Origin: an uncultured Pseudobdellovibrionaceae bacterium
GTDB lineage: Bacteria; Bdellovibrionota; Bdellovibrionia; Bdellovibrionales; UBA1609
Assembly: GCA_963803705.1 (NCBI GenBank)
Contig: CAWDNU010000004.1
Location: 352,001-416,000 of the forward strand
Length of the DNA stretch: 64,000 nt
Direction of reading: 5' to 3'
Part shown: one piece after another, positions 37,161 to 47,359 of the stretch
How the letters are laid out: each line of letters begins with the position of its first letter
Position numbering within the stretch: the stretch's first letter is position 1
Notes under the pieces: model-generated
What the model was told of the DNA's origin: nothing
Databases searched by the model: none
The model's input: the letters and a program-made list of their open reading frames with translations, nothing else
Made by a program: the position numbers and the translations under genes

Positions 37161-38549
37161 CTATACCGACAGCGCTAGCCAAACCATGCGCGAGATCTCT
37201 TCTTTGAATTCATTCTGAATAGCTTCGGAACCACGTATAACCAAAGTTGCGTAGGCTAGATTAGATGAAGCAGATTCCAAAGTTGATACAGTAAGGTCAG
37301 ACCCAGGTATCTTAAACAGATCTAGAAATCCACCGCGTCCTGATTTTGCAGTTGCAGCAATGGCTTTTCCGACCGGCACCAATCCAAGCATATTAATTAA
37401 AAAGACAATTTGACCTTGCGCTGCTTTCCGAGCACTAGTTTCAGGACTAAAAACACCTTCTGAAAATGTGCTGCCATCTAACATTTTAACGCCTGCGTAC
37501 TGCGATGCCTTCGCCATATTGTTGTCTAGACTGCCTCTGCGCGCCCCCCACAGACCATCAGCAATCGCAAAAGAACACAGTGAAGCTGCCGGCAAAGTCC
37601 CAATTCCAGACCAAACACCTACACCGCACAAGAAAGCAGTCCCAAAACCGACGCCAATTGATGACCGAATTCTAATTTTTTGCTGTCTTTTTAGATCTAT
37701 CCAAGCAGAGCACAATGTAATTTTATTGCTGTTGCTGGTAATATTTAGCTCGATCACATCTGATATTACTTCAGAAAAATTAACCAACCCCATTTCATGG
37801 TCTGGGCTGGTTAAATTTAAATAGCTCCAGAAAGAGGTTTTGTGAAAAGATTTATAATTACCAACCTGTTCAAGAAATTCTTTGTTAAATTCAATCATCT
37901 TTTCAAAGGGTCGTCTTAGATTCTTAAACTGATTCAAATCTGCTTCAGTCACAAAAGCTAAAAGTGGATTTGTTGACAAATAATCATAAGAAAGTTGTTT
38001 AAAATAATTGTCGGTCTTGCGTTTAACGGACCTGTAAGTACTGTTTGGTGAGGTGTTTACCAACCTCACGAAAATATTAGTCCATAGTCTTAAGGCTCTA
38101 TGTTTTTCGTCAACACTGAAGGAAAATCCTTCTATGTTAAAGTTAGCCACGTGTTCAGGTTCTAGTTTTTGGTCGCGAATTAACGCTAAGGCAACCTTCA
38201 AGGTCATTGGTTTTTTTGACTTAGGACCTACTCGAAAGTTTGATTTATGAACTATGGCTTTAATCACTTTGCTAATATGAACCTGTTCCGACAGAGAACC
38301 CAGGAATTGGTCTTGAAAAATTTTACACTCTTCATTCCGACATGAAAAAAGATAGTTCCTTGCATGCCTTAAGTTTTCAATCGACTTAGAAGCTTGGTCA
38401 GTTAGTTTGGCCTTCACTTTAACTAAAAGTTCAGATCTTTCAGCTAAATTAGTTTTGATGTAAGCTGAATCTAAGCAAATCGAATCTGTATCAGCGTAGG
38501 ATGAAATAATAGCTAAAAAATTGGTAAGAACTAGGATTACTGCTTTCAT
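37161..38549 (-). CDS. Secreted hypothetical protein with a Gly-rich hydrophobic hairpin
   Basis: ATG 38549 after AGGAG, signal peptide, SIGVGFGTAFLCGVGVWSGIGTLPAASLC. Confidence 0.7.
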   Translation of the reverse strand: MKAVILVLTNFLAIISSYADTDSICLDSAYIKTNLAERSELLVKVKAKLTDQASKSIENLRHARNYLFSCRNEECKIFQDQFLGSLSEQVHISKVIKAIVHKSNFRVGPKSKKPMTLKVALALIRDQKLEPEHVANFNIEGFSFSVDEKHRALRLWTNIFVRLVNTSPNSTYRSVKRKTDNYFKQLSYDYLSTNPLLAFVTEADLNQFKNLRRPFEKMIEFNKEFLEQVGNYKSFHKTSFWSYLNLTSPDHEMGLVNFSEVISDVIELNITSNSNKITLCSAWIDLKRQQKIRIRSSIGVGFGTAFLCGVGVWSGIGTLPAASLCSFAIADGLWGARRGSLDNNMAKASQYAGVKMLDGSTFSEGVFSPETSARKAAQGQIVFLINMLGLVPVGKAIAATAKSGRGGFLDLFKIPGSDLTVSTLESASSNLAYATLVIRGSEAIQNEFKEEISRMVWLALSV

Positions 38550-38577
38550 GGGTGGTCTCCTGACACACAGCTTAAAC

Positions 38578-38594
38578 AGCACTTTAAAAGCCAG
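38578..38594 (-). promoter_or_regulatory. Putative sigma54 promoter
   Basis: Minus strand CTGGCTTTTAAAGTGCT (GG-N10-GC). Confidence 0.55.
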
Positions 38595-38972
38595 ATCACT
38601 GGATACAAAATGTTGAATTATAATGAATGCTTAAGAAGAGTGTAAAGATAATACAGGTTAAAATTTACTTGGCGCTTATCTAAAAAGTGACGGTAATTGG
38701 CAAAATGCCCAAAAAATAATAATAGATTTTTTGCTCAAAAATAATGAATACCTCTATCTAACTACCCCGAGTGCCTAAGCTAAATACCAAGAGCTACCTC
38801 ATGACGTTATAACATCGGGAAATTATAAAAACCTAGTAGTAAGATTCGATAAAAAATTTATAAATTTTTATGACAAAAATTGTCTTTATTAAATTTAAAC
38901 CCATTTAGACCTCCATGTGTTCGCAGATGACGCTGGCATACTTCGTGAAGTGATACTTCTGGGAGATGTACG

Positions 38973-40100
38973 ATGAAAATTTTTATTAATGTATTTATCC
39001 TCTTTTTTATGATTTTTGAAGTTACCGCTCAATCAACAAATAACAGAGCTAGAACTTCTGCTGCGCCAAACCGTGGTATCGAGGACATATCTGCTCCGCC
39101 AATATTGGGTGCAGCTCCTCAGGACATAGGCGATCTAATCGAATATCAGCTACTAAATAGCGACAACCTAAGCGAGCAGATCAATTGGCCAGCACTACCT
39201 AGAATTTGGGCTCCAAGGTATATTTCAAAAACCTTAGAGGGCGAAGTCAGTGTAGGGGCTTTGGCATTTAGCACTGGTGTGAAGGCTTCTTTTAATTATA
39301 AATATAACGTCAAGACGACATTATGGCTGATCTCTTCTACCCGTCCTGTAAATTCAAAGTCTTACGTCGAAAAAGTGTCTTACAGTATGAACGATGATGA
39401 TGACTTTTTTATCGAGGGTGATCGCGGTTTACTTTACCCAAATGTTCGCGATGAGTTTCCGATAGTGGGTTTGTGTATATATGAGGTTAGTTTAGATCTT
39501 ACAAATTCAAAGAAGGGTTTTTTTGACTTTTTCGGGAATGGCTTTAGTTTAATGTCCCAAGATGCAGTCGGAGGCTCGTTTGCCACATGGTCTAATTTTT
39601 TCAACACAAAAAGTACTACTGCTGTAAGCACTTATCTTTCAAGAAATTGTGAGGGTTTTTTTAATAAAAATGTGAAGGACTACACAGAAAGAAATTTTTC
39701 CAAATTAGCAGTAGAACTCTACTCAATGTACAATCCAAAAAATACTTGCTCAATAAGTGCTGAACGAACTGAATTGGGTGATTCTGACTGTATGGCGTGG
39801 CACGCTAGAAGAAGCTCTAGAGTAAGAGAAGCAACTGTCCCAAGATGCGAGATGAATCAAAGTGGTGTCAGCAAATGTGTGCTTAAGTCTGCACGTCGCA
39901 GAGGTTGTACTTTGTGGCAAGATGACAATGATAAACTAAGTTCAACTAATCCCGATGGAAGCTACAAGCTTGCCACAAATACTGTTTTTAATAATGAATG
40001 TGACTACGGCTTGACTTGTCGTATACAACCGGTAGATGACGGCAGATTTCAGCAACTTAAAAATAGTATAGGATTTAAACCCAAAGCAATATGTGAGTAA
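38973..40100 (+). CDS. Secreted Cys-rich hypothetical protein
   Basis: GGAG RBS, signal peptide, about 10 Cys mostly in the C-terminal half. Confidence 0.75.
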   Translation: MKIFINVFILFFMIFEVTAQSTNNRARTSAAPNRGIEDISAPPILGAAPQDIGDLIEYQLLNSDNLSEQINWPALPRIWAPRYISKTLEGEVSVGALAFSTGVKASFNYKYNVKTTLWLISSTRPVNSKSYVEKVSYSMNDDDDFFIEGDRGLLYPNVRDEFPIVGLCIYEVSLDLTNSKKGFFDFFGNGFSLMSQDAVGGSFATWSNFFNTKSTTAVSTYLSRNCEGFFNKNVKDYTERNFSKLAVELYSMYNPKNTCSISAERTELGDSDCMAWHARRSSRVREATVPRCEMNQSGVSKCVLKSARRRGCTLWQDDNDKLSSTNPDGSYKLATNTVFNNECDYGLTCRIQPVDDGRFQQLKNSIGFKPKAICE

Positions 40101-40198
40101 AAATTCTTGAGTGATCCAACCTAGTACTTGCAGTTGATATCAGATCTGGATACTAACTGTTCTTAAAATCATCTTTTAAGAAGCATCAAACTTGTATG

Positions 40199-42343
40199 TT
40201 AAAAGTTATACGTCAATTTTAAATTAACTTCGCGTCCTCTATTGGGACCCCACACATGGCGGTTATCCAGATGAGTGTGAGAGCCATGCAGGTGCCACAT
40301 TGCTGGACTGTCACCGTCACCAGTTTGGGTAAAATCAAATATGTTTTGAACACTTAGCATGTACTCTATTGATTTAATTTTTTTTAATAAAGCCAAGTCC
40401 CACTGCCAAAAGCTGGGCGCCTGTTGTCGCTTTTGATCAGAAACACCTAAAAGGCCATCACTTACATTATAATGGTTTTGGTATTGATTATATTTACTAA
40501 TATCCCTAGAGCCTATCCATGACCCCGTAAGTACAAAGCTAAGCCCACTACGGTTTTCGTATTCCGAACGAAAACTTACCCTTTGTTCGATGGCAGCCGT
40601 CGGAAGTTTATTTTTGTAAGAATCAGAATACCTAAAAGACTCGTAACCAAATTCAATTAACCAATTTTCCGTTGGCTTGTAGCCAGCTAAAATATCGTAA
40701 ACATAAATATTGTGATCTTCGTCATCGTTTACAAATGTCAAAGGTCCACTATGCGGAACTAAGGGCTCAAGCGGATAAGCCATATTTTTTAGCCGAGTGT
40801 AATGAAAGCTTGGTGTGACATAGTATTTCGGCGTATTATAACTTGCTGAGTACACCAGTGAATGAGACTTTTCTAATTGATCAATTTCGACCACAAATCC
40901 ATCGTAAGCTCCGTGGGCAGACTCTATTGATGTCAGGGGCATTCTGTAGCCATAACCATAAGCGAACTGCTGACTAAGGTGTTCACTGGGCTGCCATTTT
41001 AGCATCAACCTTGGTGCTGCTACTGTTCGATCTAAATCGCCTAAAAAAGTCCAACGGTTTTCAAGCCGTTCTACCCTTAGCGCTGAAGACAACTCAAAAT
41101 TATATGGCAAAAACCATTCATGTTGTGCAAAAACAGAGTAAGCTTGGTAATCAAAATTGTCTTTCGGAACATTATTAGTCTCATACATAACTTCAGAATC
41201 AGATCTTAAAGACTCATTCCTAACGGCAACTCCCAAGAGTAAAGCTTGGTCCTCGGCAATCTGACTACGCCATTTAAGATCGGAATAAAGTGTCTTATTT
41301 TCGGTTTTATAATCATAGGCATGCATGTAAAGTGACGTCTGATTATAAATCGCGCCTGCCAAATTCCACTCTATGGAATTCAACGAGTCTATAATATGAA
41401 TTAATTTAGATGTAGCTTCAACTCGGCTAACCTCGACATATTCTGTGATATTTCTAATGTCACCAAGATATTTTTTTCTGACATCACCATCTACAAAATC
41501 CGAATCATCGGCTTGAATTTCTATAGGCTTACTTAGCCTTAAACGTTGGGTGTTCCCGCCAATAATTTCTAAATTAGAAAAACTAAAGCGTCTTGCCCAC
41601 TGGGTGTTCTTTGATAAATTTATTGTTTCTTTGGTAAAAAGTGAGTATCTACTTTTCCATGGACTTTCGCTAAAATTATTGTTGTCCACATCCCAAGCTT
41701 CTTGTCTATTAAACTCTCCACCGATGGAAAGCTTATATTTATCGCTAACAAAGTTATGAAGCACATCAGCTACCCTGGTGTTAAACGTGCCATAAGAAAC
41801 AGAAGCTCTGGAGCCCGATTCTTTAGGCATTAAAGTGATAATATTTATGGTTCCGCCTATAGCTTCTGGATTTATCAAAGAACTACCAGTGCCCCTACGT
41901 ACTTCAATCTCTTCTACCGAAAGTAGTGAAATTGCATCAAACCCATAAACTGATGAAACAGCTGAATAAAGTGGTATTCCGTCAATTAGAACCGAGGTGT
42001 GATCCCCACGTAACCCATTAATGCTGATTCGCTTAGCCCCACAGTTTACACAATAATCTTGGCTGTCTATTCCTTGCATTCGATCCACAGCTTCATTAAG
42101 TGAAGTAGAATTCGCTTTTTCCATTTTATCTTTGGATAAAATTTCTACTTTTTCCGTAGTGTCGTGTCGGTGAGAATCTAGATATTGATGTTTGGACTGA
42201 ATGGTAATTTTGTCTGTCGTTCTATCTGACGTTCTATCTTTAGCTCCAACGTCAGTCACACCAGCATTTTTTTGAGCTTGAGCAAAGCTAAAAAAAAACA
42301 AATTCACACTTATTAGAATGAACAATTTGAGAATTGTCGGCAT
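40199..42343 (-). CDS. TonB-dependent receptor with CxxC plug motif
   Basis: Plug domain (YCVNCGAKRISINGLRGDHTSVLIDG, IEVRRG...AIGGTINIIT), His-rich C-terminal loop WHLHGSHTHLDNRH, terminal YNF. Confidence 0.93.
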   Translation of the reverse strand: MPTILKLFILISVNLFFFSFAQAQKNAGVTDVGAKDRTSDRTTDKITIQSKHQYLDSHRHDTTEKVEILSKDKMEKANSTSLNEAVDRMQGIDSQDYCVNCGAKRISINGLRGDHTSVLIDGIPLYSAVSSVYGFDAISLLSVEEIEVRRGTGSSLINPEAIGGTINIITLMPKESGSRASVSYGTFNTRVADVLHNFVSDKYKLSIGGEFNRQEAWDVDNNNFSESPWKSRYSLFTKETINLSKNTQWARRFSFSNLEIIGGNTQRLRLSKPIEIQADDSDFVDGDVRKKYLGDIRNITEYVEVSRVEATSKLIHIIDSLNSIEWNLAGAIYNQTSLYMHAYDYKTENKTLYSDLKWRSQIAEDQALLLGVAVRNESLRSDSEVMYETNNVPKDNFDYQAYSVFAQHEWFLPYNFELSSALRVERLENRWTFLGDLDRTVAAPRLMLKWQPSEHLSQQFAYGYGYRMPLTSIESAHGAYDGFVVEIDQLEKSHSLVYSASYNTPKYYVTPSFHYTRLKNMAYPLEPLVPHSGPLTFVNDDEDHNIYVYDILAGYKPTENWLIEFGYESFRYSDSYKNKLPTAAIEQRVSFRSEYENRSGLSFVLTGSWIGSRDISKYNQYQNHYNVSDGLLGVSDQKRQQAPSFWQWDLALLKKIKSIEYMLSVQNIFDFTQTGDGDSPAMWHLHGSHTHLDNRHVWGPNRGREVNLKLTYNF

Positions 42344-42345
42344 TT

Positions 42346-42975
42346 TTATTTAGAATAAACCTCTGAGCCATCAGCATGTAAAAAAGCTGGAAATACGGCA
42401 AGAAAATCATTAATTTCTTGATCTGATTTTTGTTCAATAAGATCCTTGCATACGACTGGATCGTAATGCGTTGCATGCCAATACCTTACAGCAAATTGGA
42501 AGTAATTACTTTCACCATCTAATAATAACACCAGGTCTTTATATTTAGCAGCGGGAGTAGGATCCTGAAAACGGTAGAGTAATCTAATTTCATCTTTATC
42601 TTTAATTTCAATCAGGTTTGCAAGCCTTGGCTCAACCGAAAGCCATACCACACCGTTTTCATCGCCATCATTCCTGTCAAGATGAGGAAGGGTTAAATAG
42701 CTACTTACCAAAACCTTTTGTGGAATTTCAGACTGCTTAGACGCTGATTGTTCGTCAGTTTGATCGCTTATTTTATCAATGTTTTCTACAAGGACATAGC
42801 AATCCATAGGCTGAAAAGTGGCTTTCGGTTTAGCAGAGATTAAGACATCTACCTGTCCGATCAAATATTTAGAAGTGTCGGTGATGGCTTCAGCTTTAAC
42901 TACGACATGATGAATTAGTAAAAATTGAAATAATATGACTTTAATTGTAAAAAAACCTTTTAAAACACTTTTCAT
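42346..42975 (-). CDS. Secreted hypothetical protein, first gene of the TBDR operon
   Basis: Signal peptide. DCYV...WHATHYDPVVCKDL, similar to 43751..44314. Confidence 0.7.
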   Translation of the reverse strand: MKSVLKGFFTIKVILFQFLLIHHVVVKAEAITDTSKYLIGQVDVLISAKPKATFQPMDCYVLVENIDKISDQTDEQSASKQSEIPQKVLVSSYLTLPHLDRNDGDENGVVWLSVEPRLANLIEIKDKDEIRLLYRFQDPTPAAKYKDLVLLLDGESNYFQFAVRYWHATHYDPVVCKDLIEQKSDQEINDFLAVFPAFLHADGSEVYSK

Positions 42976-43002
42976 TTGAAATGACCGCCTACTGGTTGCT
43001 GG

Positions 43003-43093
43003 TTATTGCTTATCGCTTATCGCTTATTGCTTATTGCTTATTGCTTATTGCTTATTGCTTATTGCTTATTGCTTATTGCTTATTGCTTATTGC
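43003..43093. repeat. Tandem heptamer repeat (TTATTGC)x13, two units TTATCGC
   Basis: Direct count of 13 consecutive 7-bp units in the 42976-43135 divergent intergenic region. Confidence 0.97.
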
Positions 43094-43105
43094 AAAAATA
43101 TTGCA
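43091..43105. promoter_or_regulatory. Palindrome TGCAA-N5-TTGCA, candidate metal-regulator (Fur/Zur-like) box
   Basis: TGCAAAAATATTGCA abutting the repeat, between divergent metal-uptake-like genes. The regulator identity is inferred. Confidence 0.5.
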
Positions 43106-43135
43106 TTAAAATAATATTATGCTATATCCAAGTCA

Positions 43136-43633
43136 ATGTTCAAAACAATAAATTATAATTTTTTAGTACTTATCATGGCTTCTGGCTTGGGGTCGAAAGC
43201 GTATTCTCAGAATCGTCCCTATAAATCTTTATATAATTTAAGTTTTGAAAGATTGGACCAATTTGATACCTTTGACGCCAACACTCTAAATGGAAAGCCG
43301 TCGTTGTGGATTGTTTTTCAACCAAAATGTTCCAGCTGTGAATCTCAATTTAATGACTTAAGTTGTCTTCCAGAAGATGTTGCAACTTTTGCCATAGGGA
43401 TTAACGGAACTCGGGACAAACTTGCAAGGGTTTTACAGTTCTCTACATTTAAAGGCTACAAAGTTCTAGCTAAGGATAAATTTAAAAAAGATCAAGGTGT
43501 TGCAGGAACGCCCACTTTACTGTTCGTTGATAAAAATGGAAAGTTGGGAAAGAAAATTACAGGCCTAGTGGCTTGCACGAAAATTTTAAAACTTTTGAAT
43601 TTGAATGACAAAAGCTCAATGGATAAAATTTAA
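43136..43633 (+). CDS. Thioredoxin-fold (TlpA-like) periplasmic protein
   Basis: FQPKCSSC, GVAGTPTLLFVDKNGK. Confidence 0.8.
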   Translation: MFKTINYNFLVLIMASGLGSKAYSQNRPYKSLYNLSFERLDQFDTFDANTLNGKPSLWIVFQPKCSSCESQFNDLSCLPEDVATFAIGINGTRDKLARVLQFSTFKGYKVLAKDKFKKDQGVAGTPTLLFVDKNGKLGKKITGLVACTKILKLLNLNDKSSMDKI

Positions 43634-43750
43634 ATAACTATTACAAAGTAGAATACAATGTAGACTACTAAAAATGGTAAAATCGAGAGTACGCGTAAAG
43701 CATAAAATAAATAAAATATAATTAAACTAAACTAAAAAACAGGAGAACAT

Positions 43751-44314
43751 ATGAAAAATACGATATTTATTTTAGTGGTCTTACTTATTGGAAACATAAC
43801 TTGGGCCGATAATAAAAGCGATATAGATAAAAACAGTAGTGATACGGTCTATTATGTTGGGGAACAAATAAATTTTTTTGGCAACTCTAAAGACTGTTTT
43901 GTGGAAGCTGGCTATTCCCAAGATGGTTCAGAAGTTACTTTACGGTCGATCGTTATAGATGCTCATGATCCAAAGTATATCGGCATTGATCAAATACTAG
44001 CTGCTTATTCTTCAACTGAAATGGCCTACACGTTTAGCAAACATTTAGAAGAGACTAGTGTCGAGTCATTGAGCCTTAAGAGCGCTAATCCTAAAGAGCC
44101 GAAGTCTTTAGATTTTATTTTAGATCATGAAGGTCATCTTGACTTCATACTTTGTGAAGATTTGTCTGAAGTAACAGAAGCTAATTTTAGCCAGATTAGG
44201 GAAATGTTTGAGCACTTTGCAGACTATCTAGAAGAGTCCAGTGATGATCATTCTGAGGAAGGAGATTCTTTTGGACACCAAGGTGGTCACGATCACAGTC
44301 ATCATAAGCACTGA
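43751..44314 (+). CDS. Secreted protein with an acidic/His-rich tail (metal-binding candidate)
   Basis: AGGAG RBS, signal peptide, DHEGHLDFILCEDL, C-terminus GHQGGHDHSHHKH. Confidence 0.75.
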   Translation: MKNTIFILVVLLIGNITWADNKSDIDKNSSDTVYYVGEQINFFGNSKDCFVEAGYSQDGSEVTLRSIVIDAHDPKYIGIDQILAAYSSTEMAYTFSKHLEETSVESLSLKSANPKEPKSLDFILDHEGHLDFILCEDLSEVTEANFSQIREMFEHFADYLEESSDDHSEEGDSFGHQGGHDHSHHKH

Positions 44315-44362
44315 TCATAGTTGATTGGCATTTAGATATGATCTATTGTTTTTTTCTCACTG

Positions 44363-46351
44363 GTGGTGAGTAAAAACAATAGGAGAGCTGTAATCAATCG
44401 GTCTAATAATATAGATTTTGGCGTTTTTGTTTTCTCTTCGCTTATTATATTTGGGATCACTTTGGCTTGCTCAGTTCAACCTGATGTGGCAAGCCATTTT
44501 TTTCACTTCATTCAAAATTGGCTAACCGTTAATACCAGCTGGATCTATATCTTAGCTATGGCGAATGCTCTTCTTTTTTCAGTTTGGCTTATTTGCAGTC
44601 GAATGGGTGATATTAGGCTTGGTCCTGATCATGCACTTCCAGAATATAGAAATTTAAGCTGGTTTTCTATGTTGTTCTCTGCGGGCATGGGGATCGGACT
44701 TCTATTTTTCGGTGTAGCTGAGCCATTAATGCATTTAAGCTCCCCACCCACCGGAGATAGTCTTACATTACAGAGTGCTCAAGAGGCTATGAAGATTACT
44801 TTTTTTCATTGGGGACTTCACGCGTGGGCCATGTACGCGGTATTCGCAGTGATGTTGGCCTATAATGCGTATAGAAAAAACCTGCCCCTTCTACCAAGAT
44901 CAATTTTGTATCCATTTTTAGGGGATAAAATTTTTGGGCCGATTGGACAAATGATTGATGTTTTTTGTGTGATAGGAACCCTATTTGGCGTTGCTACTTC
45001 ACTAGGTTTTGGGGTGACCCAAGTCAACGCGGGGCTATTTTATTTATTTGCAGTTCCTCAAAATGTGAACATACAAGTAGGTCTAATTGCACTTATCACT
45101 TTGATTGCGACGATTTCTGTTGTTCTAGGCTTAGATGGTGGAATTAAGCGGCTATCAATATTAAATATTGTGGTGGCATGCGTGTTATTATCTTTTATTT
45201 TGGTGCTTGGTGACACAATGGGCTTGATGGAATCTTTTGTCCAAAATACTGGGGCCTACCTTTCTGATATCACATTTAAGACATTTAATTTATATGCCTA
45301 CGAAAAGAAGCAAGACTGGATCGGAGGCTGGACACTTATGTACTGGGGTTGGTGGGTCTCATGGGCACCATTTGTAGGTATGTTTATAGCTCGTATTTCT
45401 AAAGGACGCACAATCAGGGAATTTATGATTGGGGTCATCTTCATACCTTCCGGCTTTACCTTTTTTTGGATGACCGTTTTTGGAAATTCGGCCATAAATA
45501 AAGTTTTAAGTGGACAAGGAGACGAATTGCTTAAGGCTGTTAACACTAACTTTCCAATAGCAATATTCAAATTCTTCGAGCTGTTTCCGATGTCAAATAT
45601 TCTGTCTTTAGTTGGGCTTCTACTTGTTATTACATTTTTTGTGACTTCATCAGATTCGGGATCTTTGGTGATCGATACTTTGGCATCAGGGGGCTCTTCG
45701 AATCCACCTGTGTGGCAACGTATATATTGGGCTTTCTTAGAAGGGCTTGTAGCTGCGGTGCTCTTAGTCGCAGGCGGTGTAGATGCTTTGCAGACTATGG
45801 CTATTGCCTCTGCCTTTCCTATGATATTTTTTATCACTGCAGGTATGTTGGCGTTTATAAAAAGCTTAAAAGAGGATTATCTTCTTTTAGGGGCCGTGCA
45901 GAAATATTCTCCGTCTTATAAAAATTTTGAATCGGGCACTTCGTGGAAAAAAAGACTAGAAAACTTAGTTGCACTACCTGATTTAACTAAGGCTCAAAAT
46001 TTTTTAACAAAGACAGTTGAACCTGCGCTTAGTGAAGTTCACAGAGAATTAAGGGGAAAAAAATTTGATATTCAGATAGTCTCAAAAAAAGATTCGATCA
46101 CTTTATTAATTCATAATGAAAATGTTGAAAATTACAGGTACCAGGTTTGGTTACGCCCTTTTATTGCCCCTTCTTATATGAAAGACACGACTAACTACTA
46201 CTACAGGGCCGAAGTTTTTATTTATCAGGGAGGCCAGAACTATGATATCTATGGATACACTAAAGACGAGATAATTTCAGATGCCTTAAATCATCTTGAA
46301 AAACATTTTCAATTTTTACACCTTTCAAATGCAAAAAAATTTGAAAACTAA
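44363..46351 (+). CDS. betT: BCCT-family choline/glycine-betaine transporter with long C-terminal domain
   Basis: SWFSMLFSAGMGIGL, FFHWGLHAW, WTLMYWGWWVSWAPFVGMFIARISKGRTIREF, YYRAEVF...GQNYDIYGY. Confidence 0.93.
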   Translation: MVSKNNRRAVINRSNNIDFGVFVFSSLIIFGITLACSVQPDVASHFFHFIQNWLTVNTSWIYILAMANALLFSVWLICSRMGDIRLGPDHALPEYRNLSWFSMLFSAGMGIGLLFFGVAEPLMHLSSPPTGDSLTLQSAQEAMKITFFHWGLHAWAMYAVFAVMLAYNAYRKNLPLLPRSILYPFLGDKIFGPIGQMIDVFCVIGTLFGVATSLGFGVTQVNAGLFYLFAVPQNVNIQVGLIALITLIATISVVLGLDGGIKRLSILNIVVACVLLSFILVLGDTMGLMESFVQNTGAYLSDITFKTFNLYAYEKKQDWIGGWTLMYWGWWVSWAPFVGMFIARISKGRTIREFMIGVIFIPSGFTFFWMTVFGNSAINKVLSGQGDELLKAVNTNFPIAIFKFFELFPMSNILSLVGLLLVITFFVTSSDSGSLVIDTLASGGSSNPPVWQRIYWAFLEGLVAAVLLVAGGVDALQTMAIASAFPMIFFITAGMLAFIKSLKEDYLLLGAVQKYSPSYKNFESGTSWKKRLENLVALPDLTKAQNFLTKTVEPALSEVHRELRGKKFDIQIVSKKDSITLLIHNENVENYRYQVWLRPFIAPSYMKDTTNYYYRAEVFIYQGGQNYDIYGYTKDEIISDALNHLEKHFQFLHLSNAKKFEN

Positions 46352-46408
46352 GTTTCTTTGAAAACTGACATAGTACTTTTAGAATCTGCAACTGCTTAGA
46401 ATAAAATA

Positions 46409-47194
46409 TTAGATTAAACTTCGATTTAAAAAATTTATAGCGTTACAAGGTCCCAACCCCATAACCCAACTTGCAGCGATAAGGTCCTGTTTTTTCGAAG
46501 ACCTTCTGTCCCTAATAGATTGGGCAGCAAATTCCGTATGAACCTGTGACAATGCTGCCACTAGCTTTTTAAATGTCACTGCAGTCATAAAAGAAAAATT
46601 AAGTCTTAAAAAAGGATCTTTTAAAAGATCCTCTGAATCGGGGGATTTTATTAAAAAATCTATTAAACCTTTGGCACTTCTTTCCATAATTAAGGAACTC
46701 AAAGCACCAGAGTCCCTATATCTTACTCCACCTTCTATGTTGAAAACCAATTTATCGTTGTTGTAGGCGCGCACCAATTTCATAGAAATTAGTTTATCGA
46801 TAATTTTTTTTACGGCTTTACTATCTAGGCCCAGCTCATTTCGGACCTCATCAACTTGTTTTTTTTCATGGTAGACTTTGTGAAAAAATAAAAAGTAAGT
46901 TGTGTTTTTCACAAAAAAATCTTCCATAGTTTCATCGAATCTAAAAATACTTTCGCTTTTAGTTTGCTTTGCAATTTCAAGAAGTTCTAAAAAAGAAATG
47001 TCTATAGCCTTACAAATAGTTATAAGTTTCTTTAAAGAAATATCACGTCCAGCGAACACTTTTTTAAGGCTAGATATAGATATGTCCGAGCCCTTGGCCA
47101 GATTTTGATAAGTGATTTTTTTCTGCTTTAAGATTGATTTTAGACTCGAAATAATCAGTAAGAACTCTTGCTCTTCTAAGTTTTTTTGTTCCAA
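46409..47194 (-). CDS. XRE-HTH transcriptional regulator with an extended C-terminal domain
   Basis: LKSILKQKKITYQNLAKGSDISISSLKKVF HTH. The start is probably TTG 47194. Divergent from a small secreted protein. Confidence 0.8.
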   Translation of the reverse strand: MEQKNLEEQEFLLIISSLKSILKQKKITYQNLAKGSDISISSLKKVFAGRDISLKKLITICKAIDISFLELLEIAKQTKSESIFRFDETMEDFFVKNTTYFLFFHKVYHEKKQVDEVRNELGLDSKAVKKIIDKLISMKLVRAYNNDKLVFNIEGGVRYRDSGALSSLIMERSAKGLIDFLIKSPDSEDLLKDPFLRLNFSFMTAVTFKKLVAALSQVHTEFAAQSIRDRRSSKKQDLIAASWVMGLGPCNAINFLNRSLI

Positions 47195-47212
47195 ATGGCC
47201 CCCATTTTGGCT

Positions 47213-47260
47213 AAAAAGTTCACTATGCGGAACTTTTTTATATTTGTAACACAAAAGTTC
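47213..47260. promoter_or_regulatory. Candidate operator of the XRE regulator
   Basis: AAAAAGTTC-N8-GAACTTTTT (47213-47238) plus a further AAAAGTTC at 47253-47260. Confidence 0.5.
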
Positions 47261-47359
47261 TTTTCTATTGAGTTGTTTTTAAACGCTGACTAGTATCTAT
47301 TCAACCCCAGAAAAGTCCTATGAGCTGGATATAAGGCTTAAGGCAAAAAAGGAGAATTT

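Noticed and set aside
43003..43093. Tandem repeat considered as a CRISPR array
   Set aside because: The 7-bp units are contiguous with no spacers, and no cas genes are in the window.
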